Source: Octopus sinensis
Taxonomy: Eukaryota
Assembly (NCBI RefSeq): GCF_006345805.1
Contig: NW_021834327.1
Coordinates: forward strand, 1-62,566
Direction of reading: 5' to 3'
DNA: 62,566 nt
Under the pieces are notes generated by a model. That model was not told the DNA's origin and ran no database searches. It saw only the letters and a program-made list of their open reading frames with translations. Below are positions 25,226-37,369 of this stretch, in pieces. The translations under genes and the position numbers were made by a program. Numbering within the stretch: the first letter of the stretch is position 1; every line of letters starts with the position of its first letter.

Positions 25226-25521
25226 TCTTATATTCAGTAAAATATGTCGACCTAGTTGATAAGTTTTACTTTTTGCCAAAAAGAAAAGTAATAATAATAA
25301 TAAATAAATAAATAAGTTTTGTTAAAATATCGGAAGAGCCAGGGAAATAACGAACTTATTATCAACCCCCAAACATCACCACCAACACCACCACCATTAC
25401 TACTACAAACTATAATCATAATTGACTTTAAGCTAGGACTAGTTTGTGCTAGAAGATGCTCCGTCTTGATTTGGGTTGGTGTGTGTATATATATTTATAT
25501 AATATATAATATATATATATA

Positions 25522-25567
<46 letters not shown>

Positions 25568-26210
25568 TAAAATATATATACTGAACAATAGTCATAGTAA
25601 TTGCTGCTGTTATTAATGTTGTTGTAGGTGTTGTTGTTATTGGCGCATGTGCTATTTTAAACACGCCACCATAGTATTACAGCAACCTTTTATATTTTCA
25701 TTTTATTCCCACCCACAACTTTTTGCTTATACCGAAACTATACAAGCGGCAAGAACACCACTCATACAAACATATGTATACTACAACTATACTTGTTTAC
25801 CTCCGGTTGTTCACTACTACCTGTACCTCTAAACAACATTACTACAGTAACACTGCAACACTTGTTAATCCCACCACTACTATCTCTACCACTTTTTATT
25901 TATTCTAGTACCAACACCACACTACAACGACACTCCATAACTGTACTTAATTGCTAGTACTGTACAAGTATTCGAACTACATCGACTATTACTAATATTG
26001 TTGCTGTCATCCCTGGAGCACTTCTGCTGACCGCTTACCACCTCTCACGGCACTGCTATCACTTATACCATCACCAACAGCAACACCACCTTGCACTACA
26101 ACAATACTACTAGTGTTTCTAACCACACCCACACTCACACCAACACCTACCAATAACGTTGTTACCACCATAACAACGCTCTACCTATTCACCAGTCCTA
26201 ACATCACGAA

Positions 26211-26245
<35 letters not shown>

Positions 26246-26563
26246 TATATTGATAGATATCTATATACGCACATATTCATATTCATATATATATATATTC
26301 ATATGCCTGATATATATATAATCGACATGTTGATTGTGCGTGAATCTAAGGTGTTCCCTGCAGGATTTATGACTAACCAACTACTTTTCATATAAGTTTC
26401 GCTTAACTTCGAATTACGACTACAACGGTTAACCACGTCAGGTCAACATGGATAGAGGTAAAAAGGCGAAGAAGACTCGAACTAATCACCCAGCTCGTCA
26501 CATGGAGCTCAGGAGAGCTAGTTCCTCGGATCGAAAGCGCGTAAGCACATTGGATTTCTATAC

Positions 26564-26602
<39 letters not shown>

Positions 26603-26770
26603 TAGCTGCTGCTATGTGGTATTAAGTACATTCAAACGTGAAATTTCAAATAAGATATATATGTGTGTGTTTATTGATTGACACTTTTTCTTTCCTGTCA
26701 GTAATTAATGAACTATTAAGGATGGAGTTCTTTCGTTTGTGTGGTTTGTGTGGCTTGGTGTGTGAGTGTG

Positions 26771-26844
<74 letters not shown>

Positions 26845-26859
26845 ATATATATATTCTTT

Positions 26860-27105
26860 TCGTTCCCGTCCTTGTTTTGTATACATTCGAAGCTTTCTTC
26901 CAAGGAATCTAATGCGCTTGGCTTAGATTTTCCTTTGGGGCTGGCCAGGTCGGAACAATCTCAAGATTAATCAGCCGAAATTGCGAGGATGATCCGGTTC
27001 TTGACTGAAGATTGAAGGCTTCGAATGTCCCGTCCATGTTTTTTGTATCGTCTTCTAAATGTTTGCGTTCTGTCCCAGTTTGTGTTTTTTTTTACTATAC
27101 ATATT
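26860..27105 (+). mobile_element. ~245-bp structured element embedded in (TA)n, unclassified (possibly Penelope-related)
   Basis: Non-repetitive island between two (TA)n tracts; several internal hairpins; 3' part resembles the minus-strand fragment at 50125-50200. Confidence 0.6.
26956..27020 (+). ncRNA. Candidate non-circularly permuted hammerhead ribozyme
   Basis: caATC^tcaaga (26956-66), tcagcc-GAAA-ttg (26971-83), tcttga-CTGAAGA (26999-27011): stem I 6 bp, stem III 4 bp, stem II imperfect. Confidence 0.5.
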
Positions 27106-27136
27106 ATATTATATATATATAATATATATATACATA

Positions 27137-27169
<33 letters not shown>

Positions 27170-27663
27170 ACCTACTGTGTAAGCACTGGAGTACCTTTTC
27201 CTTATTCCTTCTAATTTGTTTCACTGGCACCGTAGCCATGCTCTAAGACTTGTTCTTGAGCGTTTTAATCGATTACTTACCTCCTGATACATTTTCTATG
27301 TTTCCCATTTTTTCTTTTAAATCGAAATGTGAGGAATTGCAAAAATTGACCTCAGTTAAAGGGGACATAATTAAGACAGGGTTACGTGATGTGTGTTAGT
27401 ATGTATGTGTATGCGATCACCATTTGTTTATTTTATTTTATTTTATTTATTTATTGTTTCACATCAAATTTCATTACATTCGTAATCTACCCCATCTGAA
27501 AAGTATAAGTAGAAAATTTTACTAAAGAAAACCATTCTTTTCCCCCCTGGAAGTTATGAGGAAACAAATTCAATTCGTGCGAACTATCTGAAACTAGTCT
27601 CCTCCACCACACCCTCTCGGAAGAATATTTCTGCAACATATCTCGACTTAATCCGAATTTATA

Positions 27664-28047
27664 CTCTCTTTTTACTCTTTTACTTGTTTCAGTCATTTGA
27701 CTGCGGCCATGCTGGAGCATGGGACTTATTCTTTTGTAAGCCCAGTACTTATTCTATCGGTCTCTTTTGCCGAACCGCTAAGTAACGGGGACGTAAACAC
27801 ACCAGCATCGGTTGTCAAGCAATGCTAGGGGGACAAACCAGACACACAACACATACACACACATACATATATATACATATATACGACGGGCTTCTTTCAG
27901 TTTCCGTCTACCAAATCCACTCACAAGGCTTTGGTCGGCCCGAGGCTATAGTAGAAGACACTTGCCCAAGGTGCCACGCAGTGGGACTGAACCCGGAACC
28001 ATGTGGTTGGTAAACAAGCTACTTACCACACAGCCACTCCTGCGCCT
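27664..28047 (-). mobile_element. SINE family A with an internal deletion
   Basis: Reverse complement of the consensus; lacks the GGCGGTG...GTCGA segment. Confidence 0.9.
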
Positions 28048-28145
28048 ACTATGAAAAGTTATAAGGAACTAAACTCAGGCATGAGGTGGGTACAGTTGTG
28101 TAGGTATGCTTATATATATATATATATTTCCATATGACAAACACT

Positions 28146-28328
28146 TGTGGTGGACATGCTTATAAAACCAAAAAAACAACACAGCACCCATGACTCTCGG
28201 AAATATTTCTCATCATGCTCAGAATTGCTGAAGCATGGAATGAACTACCCGCATCAGTCGTTAGCTGTCAAGACACTACATCCTTCAAAACTTCAATGCT
28301 TCCTGAAATTCGTCAACTGTACACCTGA
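28146..28328 (+). mobile_element. CR1-clade LINE 3' ORF2 remnant
   Basis: With two frameshifts reads GHAYKTK / KQHSTHDSRKYF / LRIAEAWNELPASVVSCQDTTSFKTSMLPEIRQLYT*, the typical CR1 C-terminus. Confidence 0.8.
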
Positions 28329-28435
28329 TGGCCATTTTTTTTATTTTTTACTTCTTTAGTTGTAGCGCACCTGAACACTGTATACAACACTTTCCTTCAT
28401 TATTTCCATTATTATTATTATTTATATTTACACAA

Positions 28436-28467
<32 letters not shown>

Positions 28468-28620
28468 ACAAACACACATATATATCATATATATAATATA
28501 TATAAACAGAAAGAGAGAACGGGAAGGAAAGAGATAGATTGATAGATGGCCAGATATACAAATGGATAGACTGACGGACATACAGATCAATCGATCGATC
28601 GATAGATAGATTTTTCACAG

Positions 28621-28684
28621 CCACTAGCGTCGGAGACCCTATAAAGGATCTCGTGATCCTTTATAGAGCCTCCGAAGCTTGTGG
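28621..28684. other. 64-nt hairpin (30-bp gap-free stem, 4-nt loop)
   Basis: 26 of 30 Watson-Crick pairs; two of the four mismatches become G-U on the minus strand. Confidence 0.85.
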
Positions 28685-28765
28685 AAAGGATGGAGGTTTG
28701 TATCCTTAAACCGAAGTGCTAGCCCGAATGGCTTACTTCAGATCGGACTGCGCTAATGACTGTGC

Positions 28766-28866
<101 letters not shown>

Positions 28867-28879
28867 GGTTCTGATTACC

Positions 28880-29250
28880 TTCCTGATATACAATACAAGT
28901 GACTATCACATGTGCCCTACTTCGCTGGATATTTTCAGCATTTCAACGATTATTCCTGGTCCAGTGGCTTTTCCATGCTTTCATAGCCATTTAGATGCAC
29001 TCGACCGTACACCTGTCAACTTTTGTTGGTAGTTCCTCTGTTAGATCCACTTGCGGTACCCTTTCTCTGTCTCTCTACTCCCATCTACCCCCATTTCTCG
29101 CTTTCTCTTCTCTCTCTCTCTCTCTCCTTCTTTCTCTCTCTCTCTCACTCACTCACTATATCCAACTATCCCCCTTTCTTTCTGGCGTTAGTTATGGCAA
29201 GTGTGCCTTATCATCCTGCACACACTTTCCCCTTACTACGATGTATTGCC
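28880..29250 (-). mobile_element. RTE-clade LINE remnant (region just upstream of and at the start of RT), split by (TC)n
   Basis: Minus strand reads VVRGKCVQDDK and, after a frameshift, HGKATGPGIIVEMLKISSEVG (GKAxGPxGIxxEMLK motif). Confidence 0.6.
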
Positions 29251-29329
29251 TTCCGCTAACATTAAAATCCGTTACATCTCATATCTCTGATCCTTTCATT
29301 TCTCCATGTTGCATGTAGCTTACTCTGTG

Positions 29330-29461
29330 TGTGGTGTGTGCGTGTGCATGTATGTGTATCTATAAATGTGTATGTATGTGTGTGTGTGCATGTGTGTGTA
29401 CGTATATATATATATATATATGTATGTACGTACCTGCATATATGTGAATGTATGAGGGTGT

Positions 29462-29494
<33 letters not shown>

Positions 29495-29874
29495 TATACA
29501 CATATTATATAATATATATATAATATATACATACATATGTATATATATATATATATAATACATATGCATTATATATATAATATATATACATACATACATA
29601 TGTATATATATATAATATATATACATATGCATATATATATATATCTATATATACATACAACATATGCATTATTACATAATATATATATAATATATATATA
29701 ATATATATACGTCCCTTTGGTGTCCTGTACTCATATATGCGTGTATATGTTACATGTAGAGGTAGGTACGTACATATATTTTATATATATGCATATGTTT
29801 TATTTCATTTATTAATATATATATACATATGCATATGTCGTGTGATATTTACTGTACGTGTGCGTGTATACATA

Positions 29875-29918
<44 letters not shown>

Positions 29919-29958
29919 ATATACATACCTATATATTATATATATATATATATATATA

Positions 29959-30004
<46 letters not shown>

Positions 30005-30040
30005 ATGTACCCTGTGTATGTGCAATGTCTGTATATGTAT
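29330..30040. repeat. Compound (TG)n/(TA)n/(TACA)n tract
   Basis: Directly visible. Confidence 0.95.
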
Positions 30041-30174
30041 CGTCTGTGTAATGTTTAGAATTCTTTCTACAAGTGAGAAGCTGGTTTCTAACAAAGAAAC
30101 AAAGCTACTTTGCTGGAATTCAGATAACAACAGTGATAATTATTACAAGTCGGACTAAGAAAGTCTTAAATAGT

Positions 30175-30600
30175 TTTACTATCATCAGTGATGCTTCCTG
30201 GGAGCCATTAGATGTTTCACTCTTTCGGACCTGTGAGCAATCAGACACTCTCACCCAGGCAACCCAGCCAGGGTTGATCAAGCGCTCAACTTTGCCCAGT
30301 TAGCATTAATCCAAGTAATACTACCTCTTCCAAGACTCACTTCTCCTGATCCACATCCCCCTTGGGTAACTTCTGCTGCTTCCATAGCCAACTTAATGGC
30401 CTACCACCTACAGGCCTCCTGTGATGCCCTGCATATTGTAAACCCTACAGAGCGACGGATCTTTAATCCTTCTGCATCTCACCTCAGTGAGATCTCACAC
30501 TGCTTACCACTCATTGTTTCAACATAACTCTACCAGCTCAGCATATTTCTTTCTCTTACTCTTGTCTGCGAAATAAGGCCCTCCCAGGGAATGGAGAGTT
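30175..30600 (-). mobile_element. RLE-type non-LTR retrotransposon (HERO/NeSL-like) 3' end: restriction-like endonuclease remnant and 3' UTR
   Basis: Minus strand with stops and frameshifts reads KLSIPWE, KRKKYAELVELC, EVRCR, SLCRVY, GITG, AIKLAMEAAE, MWIRR. Confidence 0.82.
30182..30251 (-). ncRNA. Decayed non-circularly permuted hammerhead in the 3' UTR of the RLE element
   Basis: agagtGTC^tgattgct, then GAAAcatct, then agcatca-CTGATGA; stems I and III each have one bulge; stem II not formed. Confidence 0.5.
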
Positions 30601-31378
30601 TTAAAAGAAACACCTAAAAACACCTGAGTGGATGTTTTTGAAATCAGCCCCAGCAATATGAAAGGTAAAACTCCCGGCTGCTTTCTTCGTTACTAGATTT
30701 TCACGTTTTTAATTGCATTAAGACATTTTATGTAAGTTGTTTTATGGGGCCCTCGATTGAAGAGCCGCTTTGCTTGTGAAGATGGTGGTGCTGGTGGTGC
30801 TTGTGGTGGTTTTGGTGGTGGTAAAGATAATGATAGTGTAGGGATGTCTGGTGTGTTGTTGGTAAGAAATACAGTCGATAACAACGTTATTATCTATAAT
30901 CATATATACTGTAATAGGTCTGCGTGGTTAATGTATATACTGTAACCATTGACAACAGGACACAACGGTATCTAGCAACTACTATTGAATATTGTATGTG
31001 AATGGATGTCAACTTCTTGATGTATGTGGCCATCAGTGTGTGTGTGTGTTGCGTGCGTGTGTGTCCCCTTACACATATACACTTCGGTTTTTCTGTCTAA
31101 ATCAGTATCAAGTGTACACACACATACATATATGCACATGCGCCATGCATAATATACATATATATGCATAGATACATGGATATAAACACACACGCGTACG
31201 CATACACACGCACACACACACATATAACTTGGGTTTGGACATTAAGTTATATGTATGTGTGTGTGGTGGGGCTTATATCTGTACAGGTTTTTATGTGCAC
31301 ATATGTATGTTTATAGCTGTATATGTATCTGTGCATGCATATGTGTGTATTTGTGTGTGTGTGTGTGTGTGTGTGTGT

Positions 31379-31708
31379 GAAGGCGCATCACTCAGTGGCT
31401 AGAGCGTCAAGCTTACGATCGTGAGGTTGTGAGCTCGAATCCCGGACAGGGCTGTGTTGCGTTCTTGAGCAAGACACTTTATTTCACGTTGCTCCAGTTC
31501 ACTCAGCTGTAGAAATGAGTTGCGACGTCACTTAGTGCCAAGCTGTATCGGCCCCTTTGCCTTTTCCTTGGATAACACTGGTGGAGAGGGGAGGCTGGTA
31601 TGCATGGGCGACTGCTGGTCTTCCATAAGCAACCTTGCCTGGACTTGTGCCTGGGAGGGTGACTTTCTAGGTGCAATCCCATGGTCAGTCATGGCCGAAG
31701 GGGGTCTT
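31379..31708 (+). mobile_element. SINE with family D head and body E
   Basis: GAAGGCGCATCACTCAGTGGCTAGAGCG...TTCTTGAGCAAGACACTTTATTTCACGTTGCTCCAG...GAAGGGGGTCTT; second copy at 6182. Confidence 0.87.
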
Positions 31709-31709
31709 A

Positions 31710-31755
<46 letters not shown>

Positions 31756-32639
31756 TGTTGCCATTATGTTAAACTGCCGTATGTCCAAATTTAGCGAAAT
31801 GCATCTTGTTCAATATTTATATTTGCTTGCAGTAACCGGTTCTTTTGGTCAAGCTATCATATCTCCGGCTGCTCCAAGATATCAAAAGTTGTCAGTTTAG
31901 CATAACAGTTTTGCTATGGAATGGTGAAACTATTTTTTCGTTTTCTGAAAAAGTAAAGTTTTGGACTTACGACACTTTTGCATAATAGCAACGATAATAA
32001 AATTATTTTAGCATTTTCTACCTTGTCTTATTTTCGTTACACACACACAAACACACATTATGCATGCCGCATATAGATACATACATACATACACACACAT
32101 ACATACACACACATACACACACACATACATACATACATACACACACATACATACAAACACACATAAAAACACACATACATACGTACATACATACATACAT
32201 ACATACATACATACATACATACTTGTACCCACTCACCACACGTATACATAGTCCCCTCAGGCCAAAACTAATCCACTTCGGCCCAGTACACACATATTGA
32301 TATATTGACGTTGGAAGCGGCTGTCATGGCGTCCTTTGTCTACGTCACAGCTCTTCTTTTCAGCAATGGAAAAATCCCATACACTTACATATTAGAACAC
32401 ATTCGCTCTCCTTCTTTACCAAACACACATATATGCACTCACATTCATTCACTCTCTTACTCAGACTTTTAACTTTTGAAAAAGCTGCTTACTCACGTTT
32501 TAGTGTGAGTTTCTACAGAGGTAAGGTTGTAACAACCAGCTCAAAACATAATGGCGGACTTGGGAAACAAGCGTCTTATCCTCTGAAACACAAGCATAAT
32601 CTGTTGTCTGGTGGTCCCTTTTTTTTTTCTGGATTGGCT

Positions 32640-33340
32640 AAGTCGGTTGTAGAATTGGACAAAAATGCTTTGGAATCGATATTTGCTCTGGCTCTTTATG
32701 TTCTGGGTTCAAATTCTGTCGAGGTCAGTTTTACCTTTCATATTGCTGGGGCTGATGAAATAAAGTACCAGTCAAGTACTGAGATTGATATAATTGAATT
32801 TTTTTTTCCAATATGAGGCTTTGTACATACATAAGAAGCCATTGTCATTATCATTTCGATGTAATCGACTGTATTCTCTTCAAAGTCTTTATACCTGTGT
32901 TATTTTTATTACTGTTTTTATTGGTGAGGCACCGAGCTGGCAGAGCCCCGTTACCGCACCGGATAAAATAATTCGTGGCATTTCTTCTGGCTGTACGTCC
33001 TGATTACAGCTTATTCCAAGGTTGATTCTGTCATTCATCCTTTTGGAGTCATCAAAATTAGTACCAGTTGAGTACTGGTGGTGGTGGTGGGGGGGGGGGT
33101 CGATGTAATCGATTAGCCTCATCCCCAAAATTTCAGGCCTTGTGCCTATAGTAGAAAATATTATTATCATTGATAAGGCAGCGACCTAGCGGAATCGTTA
33201 GCACGTCGGCCAAAACTCTTAGTGGCATCGCATTCACGTTTTGAGTTAAAATTCCGCTGACGTTGACTTTGCTTTCATCCTTTCGGGATTGATGAAATCA
33301 ATTACCCCCTTCCTCCAAGATATCATGCTTTGTGCCTATA
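32640..33340 (+). mobile_element. Cluster of three degenerate SINE family B copies
   Basis: Repeated GTTCAAATT / TTTCATCCTTT / AGTACCAGT / GGCCTTGTGCCTATAG motifs. Confidence 0.7.
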
Positions 33341-34796
33341 ATTGTTACTATTGTTGTTTAGCTAATTACTAGTTTGTAATTTAGTAATCAAGTTAGTCAA
33401 ACCACTAATCATGTCGCTTTAACCTTATGGTTATTTCAAAGCTTGTTTGCTTTCGCGGTGGGTCAGTTTCAGTCGTAGTTTGGCACTAATACAGCCGGCG
33501 TGTTTAAGTCTTCAATGTTATATAGGTGAACCACTAACACACTTTGACGAGTTTACCAGTCATGTGTCGATTATATCACTCATCATGCATTTTACGAGAG
33601 TTGAAATAACTGTAACGATCAGGTATATTTCCATTGAGATTTAATATTTCGTTGTTGTTGTTGTTGTTACTAGTGTACTCGTTACTGTTGTGTTTCTTCG
33701 CCTTAATCAAATAAACCTATGAGCAAATAGTTTCAAGTCGTAATCATGTTGTCCTTTATTCAGATAAATCTTATCTACCAGTTAGATATTGAAATTAGTG
33801 TTAACGTAAAAAATGCTAAAGCGAAGAAGTTATGTTGCAAGGTGGGGGAAGAATATTAGTGGATAATAATGTTTGTTTTAATTATTTCTGCAAGTACGGG
33901 AGACAATTCCAAATATATTTCGGGCATATTACAACCTCATCAGCCAAAAAGTCAAGTTAGGACGACTTTTGTGATGATAACGCCTACTGCGGCAAAAACA
34001 CATGTCCACGGCCTTCTTTTTGACTCGTGTGTGTGTATGCGTATACGTATGCATATGTGTGTGTGTGTATTGTGTGTGCATATACATATACATATATAGT
34101 GTGTGTGTGCATATACGTATGCGTATATAGTGTGTTTGCACATGTTTACATGTGTATATGTATTATGTGACTATATGCATATATATGTATGTACGTATAT
34201 ATGCATATATGTATTTGCATGTGTGTGTATATATATAAAATTCTTTGTCTACCTGTCCCCTATGCATTATCAAGCGGCTTCACTAAATCAAATCAAAGTT
34301 TGCAAGGTCCCCGCGAGTGTCAACATGTAATTTTTATTTCATTTGGATTGAAACAACATTTTCTTGAAAATAATCTTTCTATAGACAACTATAGTAACGG
34401 ACATTTTATACCACGATGACGACGTCACATTTTGTAGATGAGTGCATACGTATCTGTGTGTGTTTGCGCGTTTGTTACGTACGAGATAGTAAAGGACATT
34501 TTATACCACGTTGACCTCACAGCTCTATCGTTCTCTCTTCATTCTGTCTAGCGTTTACCGTTGTAACGATGTCTGGAAAAAAATTACAGCCAATTTTATT
34601 GTTTACAATTTTCTGTACCGGTGCATTTGTGTACACTAACACATAAACAAAAATGTGACGAAGGGTGCAGGGAGCACTAGCATTGCTAGAAATAAGAGTC
34701 AAAGAACTCTTTAGTCACAGAAACACATTTTCTGCTTACTGACAGGGGACACATATGTGTGTATATATATATATATATATTTATACATGTGCGTAT

Positions 34797-34861
<65 letters not shown>

Positions 34862-35159
34862 GTATATGCAGGTACATGTGTATATGCATACGTAGGGTGT
34901 TTTGATTCTCCTCACCCCCACTCCATCGGCTGTTTCTTTTGTGCATATGCATTGGCAGTGTGCAGTTGCACTGCTCCCCCCTCTCCCGCCTCCTTTTTGA
35001 AGTTAGCTGTCACACACTCTCCCGTATGTCGCCTAATACTATTATGCAAACATGACCCTTCTTGTGAGTGACAGCAAGACAGCTCCTTTGTGGAACCTGT
35101 TGGGACTTGATAGTTGATGATGTTACTCAGTACGAAGCTGGTGCACCTGATTATATATT

Positions 35160-35619
35160 TGCAACCATGTGATTTCGGTTTGGGTCCGTCCCACTGCGTA
35201 ACACTTTGAGCAAGTGTCTTCTACTATAGCCCTGGGCCGACTAGTGCCTTCTGAGTGAATTTAGTAAATGGAATCTGTGTGGATACTTGTCGTGTGTGTA
35301 TGTGTCTTTTAGGTCACACTCGCTCCGGCCACCACTTGACAACTGGTGCTGCTTTGTTTATGTCCCTGTAACTTAGCGGTTCTTATGTCTACTTAGATAT
35401 AATAAAAAGTAAAAATCCTTCAAGGTGACACTCCAACATGGCTGCAGTCCAATGACTGAAACACGTAAAAGCTACATACATACATACATACATACATACA
35501 TACATACATGCATGCATGCACAGGAGTGGCTGTGTGGTAAATAACTTGCTTACCAGCCATATGGTTCTGTGTTCAGTCCTACTGCGTGGCACCTTGCCTA
35601 AGTGTCTTCTACTACAGCC
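35160..35619 (+). mobile_element. Degenerate SINE family A followed by a second family A head (35521-35619)
   Basis: CORE-like and tail motifs, then CAGGAGTGGCTGTGTGG. Confidence 0.75.
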
Positions 35620-35904
35620 GAAACAAAATATATTATGTCGAACTAACGATTATGGATTAAATATCCTTCATAGAATTCTTTAATCTTAGTGACCAGACAA
35701 TTTCTTTGAACTTGTCACCCTCTGGAATATATACACCTTTTCCTCCACTTACGACCTCTGCGACTTACGACCATCAGCATTTACGACCATCAGCATTTAC
35801 GACCACAAAAAATAAGGAAATAAAAAAAAAATTTAATCGATTTTCGGACGTTGGACAGCTGCGTGTATGATAACTATGGCAGCATAGGGCAACGCAGGCC
35901 TCTG

Positions 35905-36130
35905 CCCTCAGTGTATGAGTGTTTGTGTGTGTGTGTTTTGTCCCCCAACATCGCTTGACAACCGATGCTGGTGTGTTTACGTCCCCGTCACTTAGCGGTT
36001 CGGCAAAAGAGACCGATAGAATAAGTACTGGGCTTACAAAGAATAAGTCCTGGGGTCGATTTGCTCCTCTAAAGGCGGTGCTCCAGCATGGCCGCAGTCA
36101 AATGACTGAAACAAGTAAAAGAGTAAAGAG
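35905..36130 (+). mobile_element. SINE family A, 3' half
   Basis: CTTGACAACCGATGCTGG...GAAACAAGTAAAAGAGTAAAGAG. Confidence 0.9.
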
Positions 36131-36149
36131 TATATACGTATGAAAAATC

Positions 36150-36560
36150 TTGGAAGGGCATGTTCCAAATTTCGGCATTAGTGAGAATTTTAATGCACGA
36201 ACTAGTAGATACTGTCAGCTTCCAAATATACCATCTTCCAAATCACGAGCAAAAACACTCTGTTGTACCATTCTGATATTTAGAGGTCCTCAATTGTTCG
36301 ACTGCCTATCTAAAGTAATCCGAAATATAAGAGATCTCTACTGAGACATTAAAAAAAGAAATAACATTGGATAAACTCCTAACGACGATTCCAGATCAGC
36401 CCACCATTCAAGAAAACTCTCAAGGAAAATTAGCTGCTTGAAATTCAATCATAGACCAACTTTCAGTCATAAACCGACAACAAAACTGAAAGAAAATAAA
36501 TTAATGGCGGTGCTCCAACATGGCCGCGATCTTCAATATAAAACCATTAGAAAAATAAAG
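36150..36560 (+). mobile_element. CR1/L2-group LINE 3' remnant
   Basis: EGHVPNFGI...RTSRYC...FRGPQLFDCLSKVIRN, then LDKLLTTIPDQP and NSIIDQL after frameshifts; ends in a SINE-A-like tail motif. Confidence 0.72.
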
Positions 36561-36818
36561 ATAGATTTTGTTTTAGTGTTGGGTACTGAAAAGTTTGGTT
36601 CTTCACAAGAAATAGTGTGATCCTTTCTTTGGAGTTGTACTTAATATGGTATATATATGCTAGTACTCGCGCAAGCAAGAAACACACACACACGGTTTTC
36701 ATTGATTTGAATGTTGTTTTTTGTATCTAAGTGAACATAAATAACAGCACGAATCTCTGTGTATGTCTGTACGCGCGCGCGAGTGTATCTATCTATCTAT
36801 CTATCTACCTCACTATAT

Positions 36819-36890
<72 letters not shown>

Positions 36891-36932
36891 CCAAATTTGT
36901 ATTTAATTGGTATAAAAAGTAAAAAAATATAC

Positions 36933-37039
36933 GTAAGTAGCTATGTCGTTAAGGGAAGCTTCCGTACCTACTTAAGTATTTTTACTCTTCCCTGCTCTCT
37001 TCCCCTCACTCTCTGTCCTTCTTCCTTACTCTCCCCCCC

Positions 37040-37103
<64 letters not shown>

Positions 37104-37167
37104 TTGTGAAATGGTTGGTTTTTGTGAGTCAATGAATATATTGAGTGAGAAAATATATAAAGGTGAG
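36933..37167 (+). repeat. Left arm of a long-range inverted duplication (partner 41426-41633)
   Basis: First 59 bp are an exact inverse of 41575-41633; last 65 bp have one mismatch. Confidence 0.93.
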
Positions 37168-37221
37168 CGTATATGCGAATAATGTGTGTGCGTATGTATG
37201 TGTGTGTGTATGTGTGTGTGT

Positions 37222-37264
<43 letters not shown>

Positions 37265-37369
37265 AAAGCAAGTTGTATTTCGTTGGTTTGCATGGAAGTC
37301 GGTAAAGTTTCGGTTGCTAGATAATTTGTTTCTTTGTTGGATGTGTGTGTGTGTGTGTTTAAGTGGTGG

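Noticed and set aside
33914-33943. Minus-strand CTGATGA-gg...cc-GAAATATA hammerhead-like string
   Set aside because: No stem I can form after the cleavage position and stem II is poor; at best a very decayed relic.
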